A stretch of 32,000 bases of DNA. Origin: Candidatus Electrothrix yaqonensis (lineage in GTDB: Bacteria; Desulfobacterota; Desulfobulbia; Desulfobulbales; Desulfobulbaceae). Position numbers and translations under genes: made by a program. The stretch covers positions 90,001 through 122,000 of the forward strand of contig CP178758.1 of the NCBI GenBank assembly GCA_047651235.1, given 5' to 3'. The first letter of the stretch is position 1; the number at the start of each line of letters is the position of its first letter. Under the pieces are notes generated by a model, which was given only the letters and a program-made list of their open reading frames with translations, had not been told where the DNA came from and searched no databases. Shown here one piece after another: positions 9,085-18,517 of the stretch.

Positions 9085-10170
9085 CTACTCGAAATAGTTA
9101 TACGCCCTGTAACCTTTCTGGCGGATCATCTGATCCCGTTCAGCCAGTCTCAGGTCTTCAACAATCATTTCCCGAACCATTTCCGCAAAGCTGATCTTCG
9201 GTTTCCAGCCGAGTTTTTCCTTGGCCTTGGCAGGATTGCCCAACAGGGTTTCCACCTCAGTAGGCCGAAAATAACGGGGATCAATCCTGACAATACTTCT
9301 GCCGTTTGTCCGTTCAATACCTGTTTCATCCAGCCCCCGGCCCTGCCACTCAATAGACATGCCCAGTTCTGCAGCCGCTATTTCAACAAACTCCCGCACC
9401 GAATGCTGTTCCCCGGTAGCAATAATAAAATCTTCCGGATTCTCCTGCTGCAGCATCAGCCACTGCATCCGGACATAATCCCTGGCATGGCCCCAGTCGC
9501 GTTTCGCGTCCAGATTGCCGAGGAACAGTGCCTCCTGCAAACCAAGTTTGATGCGGGCAAGAGCCCTTGTGATCTTACGGGTAACAAAGGTTTCTCCCCG
9601 GACCGGCGATTCATGATTAAAGAGAATACCGTTGCAGCAGTACATGTTGTAGGCTTCCCGATAGTTCACCGTAATCCAGTAGGAGTACAGCTTGGCGGCC
9701 GCATAGGGAGAACGGGGATAAAACGGCGTGGTTTCGCTTTGCGGGCTTTCCTGCACCTTGCCGAACAGCTCCGAGGTTGAGGCCTGATAAAAACGGCTTT
9801 TGTTTTCCAGACCGAGAATACGGATGGCCTCCAGCAGCCGGAGTGTGCCCAGAGCATCGCTGTTGGCCGTGTACTCCGGAGCTTCAAAGGAAACGGCAAC
9901 ATGACTCTGGGCTGCCAGATTATATATTTCGTCCGGCTGAACTTCCTGAATGATCCTGATTAAATTGGTGGAGTCAGTCAGGTCGCCGTGATGCAGCCGG
10001 AAACGGACATCTTTTTCATGGGGGTCCTGGTACAGATGATCCACACGGTCCGTATTGAACAGAGAGGTTCTTCGTTTCAGGCCGTGAACCATATAGCCTT
10101 TTTTCAGGAGGAACTCTGCGAGATAGGCGCCATCCTGGCCGGTTACTCCTGTAATAAAAGCTGTTTTCAT
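9085..10170 (-). CDS. gmd: GDP-mannose 4,6-dehydratase
   Basis: 361-aa ORF. It has [39 protein letters not shown], the SDR YxxxK (YAAAKLY) and [11 protein letters not shown], which are near-canonical Gmd blocks. Confidence 0.95.
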   Translation of the reverse strand: MKTAFITGVTGQDGAYLAEFLLKKGYMVHGLKRRTSLFNTDRVDHLYQDPHEKDVRFRLHHGDLTDSTNLIRIIQEVQPDEIYNLAAQSHVAVSFEAPEYTANSDALGTLRLLEAIRILGLENKSRFYQASTSELFGKVQESPQSETTPFYPRSPYAAAKLYSYWITVNYREAYNMYCCNGILFNHESPVRGETFVTRKITRALARIKLGLQEALFLGNLDAKRDWGHARDYVRMQWLMLQQENPEDFIIATGEQHSVREFVEIAAAELGMSIEWQGRGLDETGIERTNGRSIVRIDPRYFRPTEVETLLGNPAKAKEKLGWKPKISFAEMVREMIVEDLRLAERDQMIRQKGYRAYNYFE

Positions 10171-10190
10171 GGGATGCTGTTTATCAGCAT

Positions 10191-11156
10191 TCAGGATTCC
10201 TGTTCCCGCAACAGCTTATCAAAATAGGCGATTGTGGATACCAGTCCTTCCCGCAGGGTAATTTTTGGTTCCCAGCCGAGTTTCTCTTTGGCCAGAGCAA
10301 TATCAGGCTGCCGCTGCTGCGGGTCATCTGCCGGCAGCGGTTTGAACACGATCTCGGATTGTGACCCTGTCAGTTCAATCACATTTTCAGCAAGCTGGAG
10401 AATGGTGAATTCGCCCGGGTTGCCGGTGTTGACCGGACCGGTGAATCCGTCTTCCGTGTCCATCAGCCGGATAAATGCTTCAATAAGATCATCGACATAA
10501 CAGAAGGATCTGGTCTGTGCGCCGTCACCGTAAATCGTTATCGGCTGTCCCTGCAGGGCCTGGACGATAAAATTGGATACCACCCGACCATCATTCGGGT
10601 GCATCCTCGGACCGTAGGTATTGAAAATCCGGGCTACTTTGATCTTCAGATTATGCTGTCTCTGGTAGTCAAAAAAGAGCGTTTCAGCGCATCGTTTTCC
10701 TTCATCATAGCACGACCGGATGCCGTTCGGGTTGACATATCCCCAGTAGGATTCTGGCTGCGGATGGACCTGCGGGTCACCGTACACCTCGGAGGTGGAT
10801 GCCTGAAAGATCTTGGCTTTGACCCTTTTTGCCAGTCCCAGCATATTGATCGCGCCGTGCACGGAGGTCTTGGTGGTCTGTACCGGATCAAACTGATAGT
10901 GAATGGGAGAGGCGGGACAGGCGAGATTGTATATTTCATCGACCTCTATATACAGCGGCAGGGTGACATCGTGGCGAAGAATTTCGAAATAGGGATTTTC
11001 CAGGAGGTGAACGATATTCTGCTTGGTGCCGGTAAAATAATTGTCCAGACAGACAACTTCATGCCCGTCCGCCAACAGGCGTTCACATAAGTGGGAGCCA
11101 AGAAAGCCTGCTCCGCCGGTAATTAATATTCTTTTTTTCTGCTGCACAGCTTGCAT
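10191..11156 (-). CDS. UDP-glucuronate decarboxylase (UDP-xylose synthase), extended SDR
   Basis: The ORF extends to 11258, but the ATG at 11156 has AGGAG 7 nt upstream and gives [35 protein letters not shown] (YxxxK) and the overall layout are typical of UXS. The stop lies 20 nt before gmd, so the two are a likely operon. Confidence 0.85.
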   Translation of the reverse strand: MQAVQQKKRILITGGAGFLGSHLCERLLADGHEVVCLDNYFTGTKQNIVHLLENPYFEILRHDVTLPLYIEVDEIYNLACPASPIHYQFDPVQTTKTSVHGAINMLGLAKRVKAKIFQASTSEVYGDPQVHPQPESYWGYVNPNGIRSCYDEGKRCAETLFFDYQRQHNLKIKVARIFNTYGPRMHPNDGRVVSNFIVQALQGQPITIYGDGAQTRSFCYVDDLIEAFIRLMDTEDGFTGPVNTGNPGEFTILQLAENVIELTGSQSEIVFKPLPADDPQQRQPDIALAKEKLGWEPKITLREGLVSTIAYFDKLLREQES

Positions 11157-11305
11157 GCACTGCTCCTGTTTTACTTTGTTTATTCTGTTGTGCTGGTAAA
11201 CGGACAAACAGCTGGCTGGAAATTGTCCGGGTATGACGGATAAAGCTGTCCGGAGCAACTGAATCTGGATCCGGCCTGTTTTTTCAGATTCCCGGCTGCA
11301 CAGGA

Positions 11306-11382
11306 TGGTGCGCCCGGCAGGATTCGAACCTGCGGCACCCAGATTAGGAATCTGGTGCTCTATCCTACTGAGCTACGGGCGC
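11306..11382 (-). tRNA. tRNA-Arg (anticodon CCU), CCA encoded
   Basis: The reverse complement gcgcccgtagctcagtaggatagagcaccagattcctaatctgggtgccgcaggttcgaatcctgccgggcgcacca folds as a 77-nt cloverleaf. It has a 7-bp acceptor stem, a TTCGAAT T-loop and the anticodon loop ttCCTaa. Confidence 0.9.
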
Positions 11383-11463
11383 GGAGATGCTGCATAAAGA
11401 ATATGCGTCGAATAATTTTACCTGAACCGGACGGGAACGCAATGCATTTCTGCAGCATACTGC

Positions 11464-12738
11464 TTAAAAAACTCCACCGTGTTCAAGCTCTTCGGGAAAT
11501 TCCCTGCTGTCCCTGCTGCTGTCAGGCTGCACAATACAGTTTCTGCCGATTTTCGTTTTGGCAGGAATCCGTACTTCTTTACCGACAAGCGTAATTCCGC
11601 TGTACAGATGGGTCGGAAATTTCCGGTTGGCAATGTTTTTTGCCTCCTCTTCCCCATGCCCCACAACGGCCTTTTTTCCGATATATATCCGTTTATCGCA
11701 GACTGCAAGATCCACGACAGCGTCAGTATCGACCACGGAATCTTCAAAAAGAACAGACTCTCGGACAACAGCACCTTTCCGGACAATTACACCCGGAGAG
11801 AGCACGGAGTTTACCACTGTTCCCTCCACAACACAACCTGCTGCAATCATGGAGGACTGCACAGAGCACCCGCCAGCAAAACGGGCAGGAGCTCTGTCCA
11901 TAGCCCGTCCGTCCGCCTCGGTGTTGGGCCGGATGCCCCATTCTTCCGGGGAAATGCCGGAATCAGCCCGGAGAATATCCATATTGGCATCCCAGTAGGA
12001 CTGCACGGTTCCCACATCACGCCAGTACCCGTAAAAGGGATAGGCAAACACCTGTTTTTCTTTCAATGACTTCGGAACAATGTGCATGCCGAAATCCACT
12101 TCATCACGGCTGCAGGAAAGGGCGTCAAGCAGGTATTCGGTGTCAAAAACATAAATCCCCATAGATGCCAGATTGGTTCTCGGCTCTTTGGGTTTTTCCT
12201 CCCAGTCGATGATCCGGTTATTTTCATCAACAATACCGGCCCCGAACTGGTGGATCTTTTCTTTCGGAACCACCATCATGGCAATGGTCAGGTCTGCCTG
12301 TTTTGCACAATGGTAGGATATCATGTCCTCCAAATCCATCTGATAGATGTGATCACCGGACAGAATAACCACCTGATCGGAGCGGTTGGCTTTGATAAAG
12401 TCAATATTCTGGCGGATTGCGTCTGCAGTGCCTTTATACCAGTCAGAATCCTTCTCGCCGGTACGGGGCGGCAGGATTTTGACCCCACGGGTCCGCCCGG
12501 TAAAATCCCACGCTTCGCCTGTCTGCAGATGACGCATCAGCGACAGGGGTTTGTATTGGGTCAGGACGCCGACTTTGCTCAGGCCGGAATTCATCACATT
12601 GGACAGAGAAAAATCGATGATTCGGTACAGGCCGCCAAAAGGAACCGCCGGTTTGGCCCGATGTCCCACCAGGATATTCAGACGGCTGCCGATGCCGCCA
12701 GCCAGCAGAAGAACCAATGCATCTCTGATCTGTCTCAT
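11464..12738 (-). CDS. glgC: Glucose-1-phosphate adenylyltransferase family protein (canonical, likely catalytic subunit)
   Basis: The ORF extends to 12777. The ATG at 12738 forms an ATGA overlap with the upstream gene's stop. It has LAGGIGSRL, RAKPAVPFGG, SGDHIYQMD, EEKPKEP and a C-terminal left-handed beta-helix region. Confidence 0.8.
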   Translation of the reverse strand: MRQIRDALVLLLAGGIGSRLNILVGHRAKPAVPFGGLYRIIDFSLSNVMNSGLSKVGVLTQYKPLSLMRHLQTGEAWDFTGRTRGVKILPPRTGEKDSDWYKGTADAIRQNIDFIKANRSDQVVILSGDHIYQMDLEDMISYHCAKQADLTIAMMVVPKEKIHQFGAGIVDENNRIIDWEEKPKEPRTNLASMGIYVFDTEYLLDALSCSRDEVDFGMHIVPKSLKEKQVFAYPFYGYWRDVGTVQSYWDANMDILRADSGISPEEWGIRPNTEADGRAMDRAPARFAGGCSVQSSMIAAGCVVEGTVVNSVLSPGVIVRKGAVVRESVLFEDSVVDTDAVVDLAVCDKRIYIGKKAVVGHGEEEAKNIANRKFPTHLYSGITLVGKEVRIPAKTKIGRNCIVQPDSSRDSREFPEELEHGGVF

Positions 12739-13991
12739 TGCAGTTCCTCCATATCCTCCAGCCTGTTTTCCGACCATTTTTCCGGGGCAATGCCGGGAGC
12801 AACCGTACAGCCGCAGCCGATTCGCATGCCATCGGGGACATTGTTGTTCCAGCCCACCACTGTAACGCGCTTTGCTTTGCCTGCACCGGAACCGCCGACC
12901 TGCACATTGCGGCCAAAGGTCGTGTTGACATCGCTGACCACCTGCACCAGCTGGCTGTCAGCCCCTACCGTTGTATTGAAAAAGAGGACGGAGTCGCTGA
13001 CTTCCGCGCCTTTTTCCACCCGCACACCGGGAAACAGAATGGAATTTTTCACTGTACCATCAATGATACAGCCGTTATAGGCCAGCGAATTGTCAAGTAC
13101 TCCGCTGCTGCCGACCTTCAGGGGCTGACAGTCACGGATATCCCGGTGTTCAAGATTTGTCCGCAGCCCCCATTGTTCCAGGTCAATCAGCGGGTTGTCG
13201 CCCAGCAGGTCCATAGAGGTCTGCCAATATTCGTTCACCGTACGGGTGTATCCCCAGTATCCCTTAAATTTATAACCGTATACCTTCATGCCCTGCTGCA
13301 TCATCATGGGAATGATATCGCGGCCGAATTCATATGAGGCAGCTGACTGATTTTCCCGGAGTACGCTGTACAGAACCTCCGGTTTAAAACAGAGCACGGT
13401 CAGTGAGGCCCACTCTCCCTTGGGATGTTCCGGTTTTTCTTCATAGGAAAGCAGAGGACCGCCTTCGGGATGCCCGTCACCGATCTCCGCCACGCCGAAG
13501 CGCCGGGCAGCATCCTCTTTTTTCACCCGGATAAAGGCGGCAGTCAGGTCGGCGTCCTGTTCATTATGAAACCGGATCATCTCCCGATAATCCATAGTAT
13601 AAACATGGTCACCGGAAAGAATCAGGATTTCGGCGGGATTGTGATACCGGACAAAGTCCATATTTTGGTGCACAGCATCTGCCGATCCTCTGTACCAATG
13701 CGGATTTTCATAGTCTTTGAACGGCGGCAGAATGGAAATCCCCCGGTGCCGGCCGATCATGTCCCAGGCGGCTCCGGTGCCGATATGGTTAATCAGGGAA
13801 TAAGACCGGTACTGACTGAGGATGGCGATGCGTTCAATACCTGAACGCATCAGATTGGTCAGAGGGAAATCAATCACTCGGGCAAACCCGCCGAAAGGAA
13901 CAGCCGACTTCGGACGATAATGGGTCAGCACACCCAGTTCATCAACACGGCCTCCGGCCAGGATCATTGCCAAGGTGGAAGGCATTCTCAT
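12735..13991 (-). CDS. Glucose-1-phosphate adenylyltransferase family paralog with a divergent glycine-rich loop (GlgD-like, possibly regulatory)
   Basis: 418-aa ORF with GCAGGAG upstream of the ATG. It keeps PFGG, SGDHVYTMDY and EEKPEHP, but the N-terminal loop reads LAGGRVDELGVLTHYRPKSA where the canonical sequence is LAGGxGxRL...RAKPA. Confidence 0.75.
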   Translation of the reverse strand: MRMPSTLAMILAGGRVDELGVLTHYRPKSAVPFGGFARVIDFPLTNLMRSGIERIAILSQYRSYSLINHIGTGAAWDMIGRHRGISILPPFKDYENPHWYRGSADAVHQNMDFVRYHNPAEILILSGDHVYTMDYREMIRFHNEQDADLTAAFIRVKKEDAARRFGVAEIGDGHPEGGPLLSYEEKPEHPKGEWASLTVLCFKPEVLYSVLRENQSAASYEFGRDIIPMMMQQGMKVYGYKFKGYWGYTRTVNEYWQTSMDLLGDNPLIDLEQWGLRTNLEHRDIRDCQPLKVGSSGVLDNSLAYNGCIIDGTVKNSILFPGVRVEKGAEVSDSVLFFNTTVGADSQLVQVVSDVNTTFGRNVQVGGSGAGKAKRVTVVGWNNNVPDGMRIGCGCTVAPGIAPEKWSENRLEDMEELQ

Positions 13992-14142
13992 AAAAACTCC
14001 TGCTCTTCATCGCTTCTTTTCTTCTTTTGTTTTGTATTGCAGAGCAGCAGAGCTGCTGCCTGCGGCGTATTGTTATTATTAAAAATCACTCCAGGTTGAT
14101 GCCCATGCCCGTGGGGCGGAGGTCCGTTGTTTCAGGGGGCAG

Positions 14143-15213
14143 TCACATATGCCGGGTGGCTATGCGCATCAGGGTGCTGGTGGTGAACTCCTGCCCTTCC
14201 CGCAGCGGCAGGTTTTTTAACGGCAGTTCAGCCCGTGCCGCTTCCCGGTGTCCTCCGGCTGAACCGTATTCGGCAAAGGTTTTCCGGGCGAAATTACCGG
14301 CATTTTTTCGGTATCCGTCACAGCGCAGAATAACAATCAGTTTGTCGCCGGAGATTCCTGATACCAGAACCCAATCGAATTTGTCAACATGATTCAGGAA
14401 GTCTGCAATAATGACAAGGATATCCGGTGTCCCGACTCTGCCGATATGGGCATAGGCCCTGCCTTTGCTGGATTTGACTTCATTCAGGGCAATTTTAAAA
14501 TATTTTAATTCCGAACGGCGCAGTTCAGTGAGATCAAATTTGCGGACCAGGTTGCGGTTGGCAAGACTGAAGACGTAACGGAAGGAAATGCCGTCCGCCA
14601 GCTGCATATTTTTTTTCTCAAAGTTCTGTGTGTCAACTTTTATGCCGTAATAAAGGGCAGTAGCAAGAGAAACTGATGGTTTAATATTGGCTGCCCGGAG
14701 ATATTCCACCATCATGGAGGCGACTGCGCCGTATTCCGGACGGATATCAATAAATTTGGCATCCCATCCTTGAGTAACCGGATGATGGTCAATGACGGCA
14801 TCGAATGTAAGTTTCTCAAAACAGGGCTGATGCGTCGGTTGAGAGTCCAGCATCACCAGCTTGGAATAGTCATTAACCGGCAGGGTATGGAGGCGCTCAA
14901 TGGGGATCTTCAGACGTTCGACCATGGTGAGGTTATTCAGCCGCCGTATCTCATTAGGATAACCGATTGTCACGCTGCCTACCCGGTAGCTGAGCAGACG
15001 CTTCACAGCCATAGCGCTGGCCAGTGAATCCGGATCAGCCGTAATCACTATCAGTACTTCATCCTCGCGTTCAAACAGTTCGTAAAAACCGTTCAGGCGG
15101 TTCAGGGCCGAATTACGGCTGGCACTGCGGGTCACCACATCAGCTATCTTTTCCAGTCGTTTCTGCTTCAAAAAAACACCTGCACAAACTGTCTGTTGCG
15201 GAGGAGACTGCAC
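14143..15213 (-). CDS. DHH/DHHA1-family phosphoesterase (NrnA-like)
   Basis: It has ITADPDSLASAMA (DxD motif), AVIDHHP (DHH motif) and a C-terminal GSAGGHREAA (DHHA1 GGGH-like). The start is uncertain: there is a GTG at 15213 with no SD, and a TTG about 14 codons downstream is preceded by AGGTG. Confidence 0.75.
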   Translation of the reverse strand: MQSPPQQTVCAGVFLKQKRLEKIADVVTRSASRNSALNRLNGFYELFEREDEVLIVITADPDSLASAMAVKRLLSYRVGSVTIGYPNEIRRLNNLTMVERLKIPIERLHTLPVNDYSKLVMLDSQPTHQPCFEKLTFDAVIDHHPVTQGWDAKFIDIRPEYGAVASMMVEYLRAANIKPSVSLATALYYGIKVDTQNFEKKNMQLADGISFRYVFSLANRNLVRKFDLTELRRSELKYFKIALNEVKSSKGRAYAHIGRVGTPDILVIIADFLNHVDKFDWVLVSGISGDKLIVILRCDGYRKNAGNFARKTFAEYGSAGGHREAARAELPLKNLPLREGQEFTTSTLMRIATRHM

Positions 15214-15389
15214 TGTTCAGCAGAGACCCTTTGCGTTCCCTATATAAGAAAACTTGCGGGATATTTATGCTATAATGCAAAGTAGCATAATGGGTTCTGT
15301 GCAATATTGCCTGGTTAGACTTAACTGATACTACCATAGGGCTGCGGAAAAATGCAAGCAGGCTTTTTGGTGAAGCAGATCAGGGAGCG

Positions 15390-16250
15390 TCAGCCTCTCG
15401 GATGGAAGCGCTGATGCATGGTCTTGAGCCGACTTTTATCCACATGGGTATAAATCTGGGTTGTCGCAATATCCGCATGACCGAGCATCATCTGCACGGC
15501 GCGGAGGTCAGCACCGCCTGCCAGCAGATGGGTGGCAAAGGAGTGACGCATGGTTTTCGGACTGACGTTTTTCCGCACACCGCCCAGCACAGTCAGGTCT
15601 CTGATAATCTGCCAGAAACGGTTGCGGGTCATTTTGTCAGCCCGACCGGTAACAAAGAGAAACGGACTGGTCCGTTTTTTCAGCAGAGCAGGGCGGCCCA
15701 AATCAAGATATTTCTGAATCCGTTGTCCGGCCGTTTCGTTGAACGGCACCATCCGTTCTTTCTGCCCTTTCCCTAAGATACGGACATGGCCGCTGCCGAT
15801 GCTGCAGTTCCGCACAGGCAGAGCCACCAGCTCGGAGACCCGGATGCCGGTTGCATACAGCAGGTGCAGCATGGCATAGTTCCGCAGGATAAGGGGAGTA
15901 CGTTTTACCGGAACTGCGGGAACCGTCAGCAGCTGATCTACCTCGTCAACCGTCAGAATTCCGGGGAGACTGCTGCCGATTTTCGGCAGATCGACTTCAG
16001 CAGCCGGATTGTCCGATCTGATCTGCCGGGCAATAAGGAAGTCAAAAAAAACCCGCAGAGCGGAGAGGCGTCTGGCATTGCTGCGGGCGTTGACATTACG
16101 CTGAAAGCAGGCTTTTAAAAAAGAACGCACCTGCTCTTCCGTGATTTGTCCTGGATCAGTGATCTCCTGCCTCCGGAGGAACCGGACAAAGAAACGCAGA
16201 TCAGAGCCGTAACTGTCAACGGTATTCCGGGACAACCTGCGCTGAACCAC
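15390..16250 (-). CDS. xerD: Tyrosine site-specific recombinase XerD/XerC type
   Basis: Catalytic residues are present: ATGIRVSEL (Arg), MRHSFATHLL (HxxR) and LGHADIATTQIYTHV (His/Tyr). The end, HQRFHPRG, resembles XerD. The annotated GTG start probably truncates the N-terminal helix (see finding). Confidence 0.8.
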   Translation of the reverse strand: MVQRRLSRNTVDSYGSDLRFFVRFLRRQEITDPGQITEEQVRSFLKACFQRNVNARSNARRLSALRVFFDFLIARQIRSDNPAAEVDLPKIGSSLPGILTVDEVDQLLTVPAVPVKRTPLILRNYAMLHLLYATGIRVSELVALPVRNCSIGSGHVRILGKGQKERMVPFNETAGQRIQKYLDLGRPALLKKRTSPFLFVTGRADKMTRNRFWQIIRDLTVLGGVRKNVSPKTMRHSFATHLLAGGADLRAVQMMLGHADIATTQIYTHVDKSRLKTMHQRFHPRG

Positions 16251-16397
16251 GAGATATCGCAGAAACAGATCAATACTATCAGTCAGAGAAAAGGCGTTCA
16301 GGAGAGAAACCGTTTCAGTTTCAGGATGAGCATGAGAAGAAAACAGAAAACCCTGCAGCTCGGTGAGCAGACAGGGCCTGAAAAACTGCCGTCTATA

Positions 16398-16592
16398 TCA
16401 GAACCGGTTTTTCATCCGGTTGTACTTGCGAAGTTTCCGCAGTGCCTCGGCAGACTTGCGACGTTTTTTAATGCTCGGTTTTTCGTAGTATTCACGCCGT
16501 TTGAGTTCCCGCTTCACACCGTCAATCTGCAGTTTCTTCTTGAGCTGACGGATTGCGTACTCCAAGTCGCCTTTTACTTCTACTTCAATCAT
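16398..16592 (-). CDS. rpsU: 30S ribosomal protein S21
   Basis: 64-aa basic ORF, MIEVEVKGDLEYAIRQLKKKLQIDGVKRELKRREYYEKPSIKKRRK..., a typical S21 sequence. Confidence 0.9.
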   Translation of the reverse strand: MIEVEVKGDLEYAIRQLKKKLQIDGVKRELKRREYYEKPSIKKRRKSAEALRKLRKYNRMKNRF

Positions 16593-16706
16593 GAAAATAT
16601 CACATCCTTTGTATTAATGGCATGTCCCATCTGCGTGTTCATCTTATCATCTTGATTAAGTTGAGCCGCAAACATTACGTTATACACCGGATTATGTCAA
16701 GGGGAA

Positions 16707-16864
16707 ATCCATATCAAATTACTCATTCCCGAAACGAAGTATACTTTATAGCTGGAGCAGTATAAACTGAATACAGGATCAGCTATCTGAAAGGCGTGAA
16801 GGCAAAATTTATGCCTCTTGTGGGCATATTCAAATTATGTTGCTCCAGCTATATCCATATCAAA
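16707..16864. repeat. 12-bp direct repeats bracketing a 13-bp inverted repeat pair
   Basis: atccatatcaaa occurs at 16707-16718 and 16853-16864. tatagctggagca (16747-16759) is the exact reverse complement of tgctccagctata (16841-16853). Confidence 0.6.
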
Positions 16865-16983
16865 GGCAGCAATTATAAGCTTAACAAAATACTATTTTAT
16901 TTAACGAATATGTGTTATTGAAAGGCATGATCAATATCACACGAGTCCCTCCGCTTATGCCTTCAGCTACCAACGAATTAACA

Positions 16984-17070
16984 TTCGATACGTTTGTCGC
17001 CAAGCTCCATAATATATTTGATGAGCTCCAGGATTACCGGAAAGTCAGCCCGAACCTCACATATTCACTG
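16984..17070 (+). pseudogene. Possible N-terminal remnant of an ISAs1/H-repeat-type (IS4-like) transposase
   Basis: Inside the 80-aa ORF 16912-17154, the segment FDTFVAKLHNIFDELQDYRKVSPNLTYSL resembles the F..i.DxR......h.L N-terminal motif of ISAs1/YhhI-type transposases (E. coli YhhI: HISIIPDYRQAWKVEHKL). No DDE domain follows, and the surrounding region is AT-rich. Confidence 0.3.
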
Positions 17071-17179
17071 ATGTTACGCAGCCGAAACGCAAAATCGGCA
17101 GATTCCACGTTTTGGGTGTCTCGTAACTTACTGATCTTTTATTTGCGTGCGTAACATCAGATCTTCAATTTGTCCGACC

Positions 17180-18484
17180 CTACTCTGTACGCACCGCCAC
17201 CGAATTGGCATGGGCACCGAGTCCTTCTAAATTAGCGAGCCGCTGGATATGTTCGGCATCGTTGAGCAGGGCCTGGCGGGAATAGGAGATAACCGAACTC
17301 TTTTTGAGGAAGGTCTCGACGCCGAGGGCAGAGGAGATACGGGCTGTGCCCATCGTGGGCAGGACATGGTTGGGCCCGGCAACGTAATCTCCGGCAGCCT
17401 CCGGGGTGTGCGGGCCGAGAAAGATGGCGCCTGCGTGGTTGATCTTCGGCAGCCAGAGCCAGGGTTCCTCCACCTGCAGTTCCAAGTGCTCAATGGCAAT
17501 CTCATTGGCCAGGGCAATGCCCTCGTCCACGCTGTCCACCACCATGATCAGGCCGCGCTGCTGCAAAGAGGTCCGGGCGATATCGGCACGCTGCAGGCGG
17601 AGGAGCTGCTGTTCCAGTTGAATTTTTACAGCCTCGGCCAGAGTGGTTTCGGTGATGAGCAGCACGGCCAGGGCCTGGGGATCATGCTCGGCCTGGGCCA
17701 GCATGTCAGCAGCAATATAGGCAGGATTTGCCGAGTGATCCGCCACGATGAGCACTTCGCTCGGTCCGGCAATCATATCAATGCGCACCCTGCCCATAAC
17801 CTGCCGTTTGGCCTCGGTGACAAATTGATTCCCCGGCCCGACAATGACATCCACCGGCGCCACAGTCTCGGTACCGAAGGCCAGAGCTGCCACAGCCCAA
17901 GCAGAACCCGCCTTGTACACCTCGCTGATTCCCGCTTCCTTGGCCGCCATGAGCAAAGCCGGAGCAACCCTCCCCTCCTTGTCCGGGGGCGTCATCATGA
18001 CCCGCCGCTGCACCCCGGCAATGGCAGCTGGTACGCCGTTCATCAGTACGGAAGAAACCAGCGGAGTGGAGCCGCCCCGTCCGCCCGGCACATACAGCCC
18101 GGCCGAGTCCACCGGCCGGACCAGCCGCCCGACAATGGTGCCGTCCTCGCGGGTCAGCATCCAGGAATCCTCCATTTCCCGCTCATGAAAGGTACGGATC
18201 CGTTCGGCGGCAAAAGCAAGGGTTGCCATGAACTCCTCGTCCACGGCCTCGGCCGCCTGATCAAACTCCTCCTCACGCACCCGCAGCTGCTCTGTGGTCA
18301 TCTCCGGCGCATCAAACTGACGGGTATATTCTACAACGGCTTTATCACCACGGGTGCGGACCTGTTCCAGAATATCCGTAACGACTTCTATACAGTTGTC
18401 GTCTGCCAGGGCAAAACGGTCCCGCAGCGTGGCTATGATTTTTTTTCCCCGCCCGCTTGCGTAGTTTTCTATCAGAATAGTCAT
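17180..18484 (-). CDS. hisD: Histidinol dehydrogenase
   Basis: 434-aa ORF with an ATG start. It has GLYVPGG, VIVGPGNQFVTEAKR, DMIAGPSEVLI, AQAEHD and AGDYVAGPNHVLPT blocks characteristic of HisD. Confidence 0.95.
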   Translation of the reverse strand: MTILIENYASGRGKKIIATLRDRFALADDNCIEVVTDILEQVRTRGDKAVVEYTRQFDAPEMTTEQLRVREEEFDQAAEAVDEEFMATLAFAAERIRTFHEREMEDSWMLTREDGTIVGRLVRPVDSAGLYVPGGRGGSTPLVSSVLMNGVPAAIAGVQRRVMMTPPDKEGRVAPALLMAAKEAGISEVYKAGSAWAVAALAFGTETVAPVDVIVGPGNQFVTEAKRQVMGRVRIDMIAGPSEVLIVADHSANPAYIAADMLAQAEHDPQALAVLLITETTLAEAVKIQLEQQLLRLQRADIARTSLQQRGLIMVVDSVDEGIALANEIAIEHLELQVEEPWLWLPKINHAGAIFLGPHTPEAAGDYVAGPNHVLPTMGTARISSALGVETFLKKSSVISYSRQALLNDAEHIQRLANLEGLGAHANSVAVRTE

Positions 18485-18517
18485 GTGTACCCCAATCTTT
18501 TTTGTTCACAAAATTGA

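Noticed and set aside
8383-11382. The tRNA-Arg(CCU) 3' end as an attachment site for a genomic island covering the UXS, gmd and AT-rich spacer region.
   Set aside because: I could find no direct repeat of the tRNA 3' half downstream by eye. There is no integrase next to the tRNA, and the sugar-nucleotide genes have host-like composition.
14040-14070. The hairpin GCAGCAGAGCTGCTGC between the DHH gene and the GlgC-like gene, considered as a terminator.
   Set aside because: The stem is short and no U-run follows on the minus strand, so there is not enough support to call a terminator.
16250-16592. Possible S21-XerD readthrough fusion, because rpsU and xerD are in the same frame with a single TGA between them and an open frame after it.
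   Set aside because: There is no known precedent, no recoding signal (SECIS-like or slippery element) near the TGA, and the intervening ~35 codons look non-conserved. It is more economical to assume a non-canonical or mis-set xerD start.
16613-16630. TGGCATGTCCCATCTGC resembles a sigma54 -24/-12 element.
   Set aside because: The GG-to-GC spacing is two bases too long, and the element points into the AT-rich scar with no downstream gene.
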